DNA from: Candidatus Saccharicenans sp.
GTDB lineage: Bacteria; Acidobacteriota; Aminicenantia; Aminicenantales; Saccharicenantaceae
NCBI GenBank assembly: GCA_049659625.1
Contig: JBASPX010000050.1
Location: 90,311 to 154,310 of the forward strand
DNA length: 64,000 nucleotides
Direction of reading: 5' to 3'
A program made the translations under genes and the position numbers. Below, piece after piece: positions 57,373 to 64,000 of the stretch. Under the pieces are notes generated by a model, which saw only the letters and a list, made by a program, of their open reading frames with translations, had not been told where the DNA came from and made no database searches. Numbering within the stretch: the first letter of the stretch is position 1; every line of letters begins with the position of its first letter.

Positions 57373-60300
57373 ATGAGGAAAAAATTCATATTAATAACTG
57401 GAATTATCATCCTGGGCACCACCCTGTGGGTGGCGAAGTTTATCGGGCAGGTTCAGCCACAGACACCATGTCTCGAGTATACCTTATCGTTCACTGAAAA
57501 CTTTAATACCGACGATTACAAGGACAAAGAAAATTCTTCGGTGGGTAAATGGCCTCCCGGTCCGGTGCAGCTAAATTACCTTGGCGGCAATTTTGAAGTA
57601 ACTCAGCCGGCAGGGATGGGAGCCAAGATGTATGTAGTGGCAACCGGGGATTTTAACGGCGATGGTAAGCCTGACCTGGCAGGCCTGGACCTTAACGATT
57701 TCTCATTGAAAATGGTATGGAACCGGTTCAATGATACCGATGGAGATGGTAGAGACGATGACAGCATTGTCTTTCAGGTTGACAATTCCTCCATAATCGA
57801 CACTAATCTCGTGGTCGGTCCAGCTTCAATTACTGTCGGTGACTACAACGGCGATGGTTTGCTGGATATATTTTTCTATAAAAATCAATATGATAGCTTC
57901 TCCTACACTAATTTCGTCGCCTGCATGTACATCAATCAGGGAACGAGAGAAAATCCAGTTTTTTATCCAAGAACAGACCCGAGAAATCTTAATTTTACCA
58001 CGAGATTTCAGACCGCCCAGATATATTGTAACTGGGCTGCCAATCACCTCTACACGGTGGATATAGACAAAGATGGCGATCCTGACATTCTTGTAGCTAG
58101 CGAAGATAAGATTTTTCTGGTTAAAAACCCGGGACCATTCCGGTGGTCAAACCTCAATGAATGGGAAATTGGTGAGCTCAATTATGACCAAAGAACAGGA
58201 TACCGGGCACCAGTTCCCGGCGGTTTCACTGACCGAGGAACATCGGCGGTAGTGGCCGGTGATTTTGACCTGGATGGCGACATAGATATAGTGGCTGGCT
58301 CGGTCAATGCCTGGCCTTTCCTTGTTTACTACCAGAATGACGGAACCGGAAAATTTACCAGAAGTGAAATTCCCATACCTTATCCCAGCTGCACCGGTAC
58401 AGTTGCCCTCGCCGGAACCGATTTCAGGCTCGATGGTCGACCATCAATCTTTGGCGCCACCGACAGATGGAATGCCGGGAATCAAGCCCGGATGTGGATT
58501 TTCTGGAATAAAGGTTATCAGGAAGTAACCACAGTTGACCCGGTTACCGGAGAAACGATAACCTACAGAGAAATTCAATGGGATTTTCAATGCCTTAATA
58601 ACTGCCAACCAATAATACCACCTGAATACGATGTTGATATCTGCGCCATCTTAGATTATGATAGCGATGACGACCTCGACCTCATCCTGGCTGATGCTAA
58701 CCACTCCGGCGACTATTATCTTGTAATAAACAAGCTGGCCTCAGTTTACGCCACATATGGTGTAGCCGTCTCCAAAAACGTGATGGCTGGACTTCTCAAC
58801 CCGAGACAGCACGCAATTACCAAAGCCAGAATTATAAACCTGAATCAGGGAGTCCGTGGCTCCTTCCAAGGGTTAAAAATAGAATACTTTTTATCCAACG
58901 ACGGCGGGCTTCACTGGGAACACTATAAAACTTTTGAGGGCGCTGATATTCGCCCCTGGTCCGATGATAACTGGCACACCTTCATTAATTTTGGAGCAGA
59001 TCTGAGATGGAAAGCCGTTCTTTCAGCCCCTGAAGACCCGATGGCTGAATTCACCGGCGCTTCCTTCGACACCCCTCTTATCAGAAATCTGACGATTGAA
59101 ATCACTTATGTAGGTCGGCAGGAATATTCGCGTTCTTCTGTGGCCACATCGATCATCGACAGATTCGGGCAGAACCGTCGTTTGATTCTGGCCGCCTCCT
59201 TTATTTACCCCGGCTGGGAGGGTCATTTACGAGCATACGACGTAACCGGTATGATTTCGATTCAGAATACATATTCCAACCTCCGGACCGTCACCAGGGC
59301 AGACCTTGGATCCGAAACTGGACGCTGGCTGGCTGAAGGAGTGGAACTTCTGTGGGATGCGGGAGAACTTCTGATGGACCGGGACCCCCGGACAAGAAAA
59401 ATTTACACGGCGATTAACCTCAATCGCAACCGGCCGCCGGTGGGCACTCTACAGCGAATTGAATTCAACCTGGATAATTTGAATCTGCTCAAGCCTCTAC
59501 TGAGCGATTATCAGAATAATGAAGAGGCACTTATTCTTTTTGTCCGCGGACACGGGCGCTACTGGAGGCTCGGGGATATAAACCACTCAACTCCAGTTGT
59601 AGTGGGACCACCCTCTGAAGACCCGAGAGTTATGGGTGATGGTTACGCGGAATTTCGTGAAGCTTTAAGGAATAGAAGAAAAGTAATTTATGTGGGATCA
59701 AACGATGGCATGCTGCATTGCTTTGACCTCCAAACCGGTGAAGAGCTCTGGGCTTACATCCCTTATAATCTGCTTCCGAGACTCAAGGAAATGTGGCCGG
59801 TCGATCAGGCAACAAAAATCAGATTCTTTTCAAGAAAACCATACGTTGACAGCTCTCCTTCTGTGGCAGATGTTTACCTCAACGGACAGTGGCGAACAGT
59901 GCTCATTTGCGGTCAGGGAGAAGGGAACGGGCAATTTCCAGACGGCTTCAACGAATATCCGAAAAAGAATGCCTCATTTTATTACTATTTTGCGCTTGAT
60001 ATAACTGACCCGGAAAACCCGACACCCATGTGGGAATTCGCCGGAAAAGATTTCACAATTACAACTGGAACAGGACAAAACAGGCAAACCTGGTATTATT
60101 TCACCAATGGGCAAACCTGGTCTGTGCCCTACATCGGTCGGGTTAATACACCGGGCGGACCTGTCTGGGTAGCTTTCTTCGGTTCAGGTTATCCGAACCC
60201 GGTAGATAACGGCTATGCAGGGAATGCTCTTACTGCTGTAAAAATAGAAAATTGTCAGGTGGTCTGGTCTTCCAGAACTGATAATAAAAATTTAATTGTA

Positions 60301-61131
60301 GATCTGAATTCAAGTGGCAGAAGAAATTCGGGCAATCCATTTCCCAATATTTATGTATCTCTACCCGGTTCACCCAATGGTATCGATCTGAATAACGACG
60401 GATTTATAGATTATGTTTATATAGGCGATCTTGATGGCCGACTGTGGCGCCTGGATGTAACCTCTGGTAATTACGACCGGTGGCAGCTCTCCGAGGTCTT
60501 CAGAGACAGATGTCTCTATCCAATAATAGCCAAACCGGCCATCTGGAAAGGATATGCCACAACCGGTCAGAATTATCCGAGAATTTACTTCGGCACCGGC
60601 GGTCACGAACAGGCACCGGCTGACCGCTTTTATTCTTTTATTGCCCTGATTGACGACGGGAAAAAACCTGAAGTTGAATGGTATATGGGCGATATAAACG
60701 AAACTGGCATTACCGCCAGCAAGAATGTGGGCACCCTGACCCGGGGAGAAAAAGTCTGGGCCGACCCGGTGGTGGCTAATTACATCGTGTATTTCACCAC
60801 CTTAAAAGGCAGCATTGAAGCGGCCGATCCGTGTCAGAACATTGGTGGCGAAGCCGGCAAACTTTACGCCAGATTTGTTCAGCCGGTGCTCGGAGTGCCC
60901 ACGGGAGGCAGTGCTCTGAAAGATGCCCAGGGGCGTCCGCTCGATTACCTGGCTCTGGCCAGCAAAGCCCGACAGGCAGTGACCACCGGTGAGCGTCAGC
61001 GGGTAAGCGGCACTTATAAACAGGATATTTACGTTCAGGAATATGACTCCACTATCGAAAGACTCGAGCAACCGGTAGGATCCATGTTGAGAATAAAATC
61101 CTGGAAGGAAATCTACCAGGTGATTCGCTGA
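57373..61131 (+). CDS. PilY1-like pilus tip adhesin (C-terminal PilC/PilY1 beta-propeller domain) fused to an N-terminal FG-GAP/integrin-alpha-like repeat region
   Basis: C-terminal half carries PilY1 hallmarks: IYVGSNDGMLHCFDLQTGEELWAYIPYN and a Ca-binding-like DLNNDGFIDYVYIGDLDGRLWRLDV. N-terminal half has at least five FG-GAP-type repeats (GDFNGDGKPDLAG, GDYNGDGLLDIFF, DIDKDGDPDILVA, GDFDLDGDIDIVAG, LDYDSDDDLDLILAD). A signal/TM segment sits at the N-terminus. Confidence 0.7.
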   Translation: MRKKFILITGIIILGTTLWVAKFIGQVQPQTPCLEYTLSFTENFNTDDYKDKENSSVGKWPPGPVQLNYLGGNFEVTQPAGMGAKMYVVATGDFNGDGKPDLAGLDLNDFSLKMVWNRFNDTDGDGRDDDSIVFQVDNSSIIDTNLVVGPASITVGDYNGDGLLDIFFYKNQYDSFSYTNFVACMYINQGTRENPVFYPRTDPRNLNFTTRFQTAQIYCNWAANHLYTVDIDKDGDPDILVASEDKIFLVKNPGPFRWSNLNEWEIGELNYDQRTGYRAPVPGGFTDRGTSAVVAGDFDLDGDIDIVAGSVNAWPFLVYYQNDGTGKFTRSEIPIPYPSCTGTVALAGTDFRLDGRPSIFGATDRWNAGNQARMWIFWNKGYQEVTTVDPVTGETITYREIQWDFQCLNNCQPIIPPEYDVDICAILDYDSDDDLDLILADANHSGDYYLVINKLASVYATYGVAVSKNVMAGLLNPRQHAITKARIINLNQGVRGSFQGLKIEYFLSNDGGLHWEHYKTFEGADIRPWSDDNWHTFINFGADLRWKAVLSAPEDPMAEFTGASFDTPLIRNLTIEITYVGRQEYSRSSVATSIIDRFGQNRRLILAASFIYPGWEGHLRAYDVTGMISIQNTYSNLRTVTRADLGSETGRWLAEGVELLWDAGELLMDRDPRTRKIYTAINLNRNRPPVGTLQRIEFNLDNLNLLKPLLSDYQNNEEALILFVRGHGRYWRLGDINHSTPVVVGPPSEDPRVMGDGYAEFREALRNRRKVIYVGSNDGMLHCFDLQTGEELWAYIPYNLLPRLKEMWPVDQATKIRFFSRKPYVDSSPSVADVYLNGQWRTVLICGQGEGNGQFPDGFNEYPKKNASFYYYFALDITDPENPTPMWEFAGKDFTITTGTGQNRQTWYYFTNGQTWSVPYIGRVNTPGGPVWVAFFGSGYPNPVDNGYAGNALTAVKIENCQVVWSSRTDNKNLIVDLNSSGRRNSGNPFPNIYVSLPGSPNGIDLNNDGFIDYVYIGDLDGRLWRLDVTSGNYDRWQLSEVFRDRCLYPIIAKPAIWKGYATTGQNYPRIYFGTGGHEQAPADRFYSFIALIDDGKKPEVEWYMGDINETGITASKNVGTLTRGEKVWADPVVANYIVYFTTLKGSIEAADPCQNIGGEAGKLYARFVQPVLGVPTGGSALKDAQGRPLDYLALASKARQAVTTGERQRVSGTYKQDIYVQEYDSTIERLEQPVGSMLRIKSWKEIYQVIR

Positions 61132-61371
61132 AATACAAATCGGCTGTTGGCCGTACCAGACTCAGGGACTTTATAAATGAAATATGCGGGATTCTATTTT
61201 CAGGATTGGATCGTATGTGAAATTGAACTAGGCCAGAACATAGAGATGTTTTTGTCTTAATTCTTTTTGATAGCCAGAAAACTTAAATTATTGTAAAATA
61301 ATCAAGAAAAGTGAATCAGTTTCTGTCCTCCGGGCAAAGGCTGTTTAATTCATCCTTAGAAGGAGGCGGCC

Positions 61372-62238
61372 ATGGAAGAGAGAGATTTTTCTCAATGGTA
61401 CATAGACCGCAACGCCCCCGATCAGCTCCACTGTTTCGCCGTCAAAAAAGTGCTGGTGGATTACCGCTCCCCGATCCAGAGAATCCAGATCATAGAAATT
61501 GAAAGTCTCGGCAAATGTCTGATCATCGACGGAAAAATGCAATCAGCCGAAAAGGACGAATTCATCTATCATGAAGCGCTGGTTCACCCGCCCCTCCTTC
61601 TTCACCCCCACCCGAGAAAAGTCCTGGTGCTCGGCGTGGGCGAAGGCGCGACCATCCGCGAGTTACTGAAATACGACCACCTGAAGATCACCGGGGTGGA
61701 CATAGACGCAGAAATGATCGATTTTTCCAGAAAATACCTGCACGAGTGGCACCATGGTGCCCTTAACCATCCGCATTTTCAGCTGGTCCTTCAGGATGGC
61801 TGGGATTTCATCCAGCAGACGGAAGAGATGTACGACGTGATCATCATGGACCTTCCGGAACCCTATCCGGACACGCCGGCTTTTCGTCTTTACACCCCTG
61901 AATTTTACCGCCTGGCATACGACCATCTGACACCGGAAGGTATCCTGGTCACCCAGGGCGAAACTACCAGACCCGGCCAGGAAGAAAATCACTTCCTGAT
62001 CAAAAGAAATCTCTCGCAGGTGTTCAGCCACAATTACTCCTATCAGACTTACATCCCTTCGTTTGACAGCTCCTGGGGTTTCATCCTGGGTGTTAAAAAC
62101 CATCTGAACCCACTGCTGCCGCCGGAAGAAATCGACCGGCGCATTTCCGAAAGGATAAGAGGTCCTCTGCGTTTTTATGACGGACATACACATCAATCGA
62201 TGTTCTATCTCCCGAAGCATCTGCGACAGGGACCATAA
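61372..62238 (+). CDS. speE: Polyamine aminopropyltransferase (spermidine synthase)
   Basis: …VLVLGVGEGATIREL… (GGGDG-type AdoMet site) and DVIIMDLPEP. Length is 288 aa, and GAAGGAGG RBS is upstream. Confidence 0.85.
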   Translation: MEERDFSQWYIDRNAPDQLHCFAVKKVLVDYRSPIQRIQIIEIESLGKCLIIDGKMQSAEKDEFIYHEALVHPPLLLHPHPRKVLVLGVGEGATIRELLKYDHLKITGVDIDAEMIDFSRKYLHEWHHGALNHPHFQLVLQDGWDFIQQTEEMYDVIIMDLPEPYPDTPAFRLYTPEFYRLAYDHLTPEGILVTQGETTRPGQEENHFLIKRNLSQVFSHNYSYQTYIPSFDSSWGFILGVKNHLNPLLPPEEIDRRISERIRGPLRFYDGHTHQSMFYLPKHLRQGP

Positions 62239-62379
62239 GCCGCGCCTCCGCCGGATGTCCGGAAAGCATTAGAACCCGGGTGAATAAAGTTCCAGGAGGA
62301 CGATAATCTTGATGGTAAATCTGCAGGCTTTATGTTAAAATAAAAGAGCAATTTTTTATTTTTAGGATAATGACTTTCG

Positions 62380-64000
62380 ATGAAAATAAAATATCTTGAC
62401 GGAAGAAGGCTTTATTTAGCTTTTCTGGCCGGCGGTCAGGCCGTAATTAAAAATTTTTCCTACCTGAACAAAATCAACGTCTTCCCGGTACCTGACGGAG
62501 ACACGGGGACGAACCTGGCTTCGACCGTGAAGGCCATCGCCGAACAGGCGCGCCCTTCCAGATCCCTGCGAGAAACCCTGCAATCAATATCCGAGGCTGC
62601 TCTCACCGGGGCACGCGGAAACTCGGGCCTGATCTTTGCGCAATACATATATGGACTCAGCAAGGAACTCGGCAACGAGATAAAAATTTCCACCATCCGT
62701 TTCGGCGAATCAGTGAAGAATGCCGTTCGTTACGCCTACGGAGCTCTTTCCCATCCCCAGGAAGGCACGATGCTGACCCTCATTCGCGAGTGGGCTGAGG
62801 AAGTCTACCGCAACCGTCACCGTTTTTCTGATTTCCAGGATCTCCTGCACCATTCTCTGGCCAGAGCGCGGGAGGCTCTCCAGGAAACTCCGAAAAAACT
62901 CGCGGTGCTGAGAAAAGCCGGAGTGGTGGACGCGGGTGCCCGGGGGTTTGTCGATTTCATCGAAGGCGTCCTGAACTTTATCCGGCAGGGAAACCTGAAA
63001 AGCGTTCTCCAGAAGGAAATCTTGGAGATAGAACTTCAGGAAGCCCCTCACCGGATTAAAGAAAACATTCCTTTCCGCTACTGTACCGAAGCTCTGCTTC
63101 TCGGTGAGAACCTGAACCTGGAAAAGATCAAGGAAATAGTCAACTCGGCCGGCGATTCCGCCATCGTCGGGGGTTCCGAGAGAAAAGCCAGGTTCCACGT
63201 GCACACCAACCATCCACAGGAACTTTTCCTGGCATTGAGAGAGCTGGCGGTTATTTCCCAGCCAAAAGTTGAGGATATGAAACTGCAGGCAGCCCTGGCC
63301 CGAAATCCTATAAGACCGGTGGCTCTGGTTGTCGACTCCTCCTGCGACCTGCCGGCGGAAATCCTCGAGCAGAACCAGATTGCGGTCGTTCCTTTTCCCT
63401 TCAACATAGGAGAACACGTTTTTCTCGACAAACTGACCATCTCCGCGGAAAAACTTTATGAAATTATGGAAAAAGAGGAAATCCCGCCACGCACCACCCA
63501 GCCTTCACCCAAGACCGTCGAAAATTTGTTTTCTTTTCTCAGCAGCCACTTTCAGTCGATTCTGGTTCTAACCATCTCCAGCGGACTTTCCGGCTATCAT
63601 CAGCTGGTGAAGAAGGTGGCCGAAAAATTTTCTGACCGGAAAATCAGGGTGGTGGACACCCGGCATCTTTCGGGAACTTTCGGTCTGATCGTGATGAGAC
63701 TGCTCGAAAGCTGGCCGGATAGCCAGGATGTGGACGAAATGGCCGCGATGGTGGAAGAGTTCTCCCGGAAAACAGAAATTCTGGTGGACATTAAGACTCT
63801 CAAATTCCTGGTAAAAGGAGGCCGGGTAAGCCCGATGAAGGGATTTCTGGCGCGCCTGCTGAACATCAAACCGATCATCACCTTAGACGAAAACGGGCGG
63901 GCAGCCGCCGCCGGCAAGACTTTCAGCCGCGGTCAGAGTTTCCGGACAATTCTGAAAACGGTGGAGAAAAGACATCTCGAGAGGAAAATACATTCATTCG
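62380..64000 (+). CDS. DAK2-domain / DegV-domain fusion protein (YloV-like), 3' partial at the window end
   Basis: Absent from the ORF track because there is no stop before the window end. My manual translation from the ATG at 62380 gives MKIKYLDGRRLYLAFLAGGQ…VPDGDTGTNL (DAK2/DhaL motif) …VDAGARGFVDF…, then DegV-like …VVDSSCDLP…ISSGLSGYHQ…LVKGGRVS. Minus-strand ORFs in this span look like antisense artefacts. Confidence 0.75.
   Translation, partial: MKIKYLDGRRLYLAFLAGGQAVIKNFSYLNKINVFPVPDGDTGTNLASTVKAIAEQARPSRSLRETLQSISEAALTGARGNSGLIFAQYIYGLSKELGNEIKISTIRFGESVKNAVRYAYGALSHPQEGTMLTLIREWAEEVYRNRHRFSDFQDLLHHSLARAREALQETPKKLAVLRKAGVVDAGARGFVDFIEGVLNFIRQGNLKSVLQKEILEIELQEAPHRIKENIPFRYCTEALLLGENLNLEKIKEIVNSAGDSAIVGGSERKARFHVHTNHPQELFLALRELAVISQPKVEDMKLQAALARNPIRPVALVVDSSCDLPAEILEQNQIAVVPFPFNIGEHVFLDKLTISAEKLYEIMEKEEIPPRTTQPSPKTVENLFSFLSSHFQSILVLTISSGLSGYHQLVKKVAEKFSDRKIRVVDTRHLSGTFGLIVMRLLESWPDSQDVDEMAAMVEEFSRKTEILVDIKTLKFLVKGGRVSPMKGFLARLLNIKPIITLDENGRAAAAGKTFSRGQSFRTILKTVEKRHLERKIHSF

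Noticed and set aside
62460-63917. Minus-strand ORFs of 78-235 aa (62460-62696, 62710-63417, 63078-63440, 63600-63917) listed in the ORF track
   Set aside because: Their translations have no recognisable motifs and low-complexity, Arg/Ser-rich composition. The plus strand across the whole span reads as one coherent DAK2-DegV protein, so these are antisense shadow ORFs.

Overview
This is a 64-kb chromosomal window from a Gram-negative (diderm) bacterium, probably an anaerobe from an uncultivated lineage, and I cannot place it more precisely from sequence alone. Coding density is high and most genes are housekeeping. They include an outer-membrane biogenesis cluster (bamA, skp, fabZ and a lolD-lolC/E pair), lysS, nusB, ribH, efp, rpoZ, speE, a tRNA-Lys(CTT), a LonC-like protease, AlaX, RNase HII, FabH, TatD and a polyprenyl synthetase. 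Four regions stand out. (1) A seven-gene minus-strand operon (24839-33743) joins NuoE/NuoF/NuoG-like flavoprotein and iron-sulfur subunits to NfnA/NfnB-like subunits. It is translationally coupled to an upstream amidohydrolase lipoprotein gene, and the NuoG-like gene is split by a -1 frameshift at an A7 run. (2) A type IV pilus minor-pilin operon (54415-61131, GspH/I/J/K-like order) ends in a 1252-aa PilY1-like protein whose N-terminal part is an integrin-like FG-GAP repeat module. A strongly ribosome-binding-site-preceded 46-codon ORF sits just upstream. (3) A degraded transposase remnant (49165-49700) and a leaderless GspG-C-domain protein abutting tRNA-Lys suggest past mobile-element activity. 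(4) Two paralogous FtsX/MacB-type permease genes sit in tandem with no adjacent ATPase gene. No CRISPR array, rRNA or intact prophage was seen.
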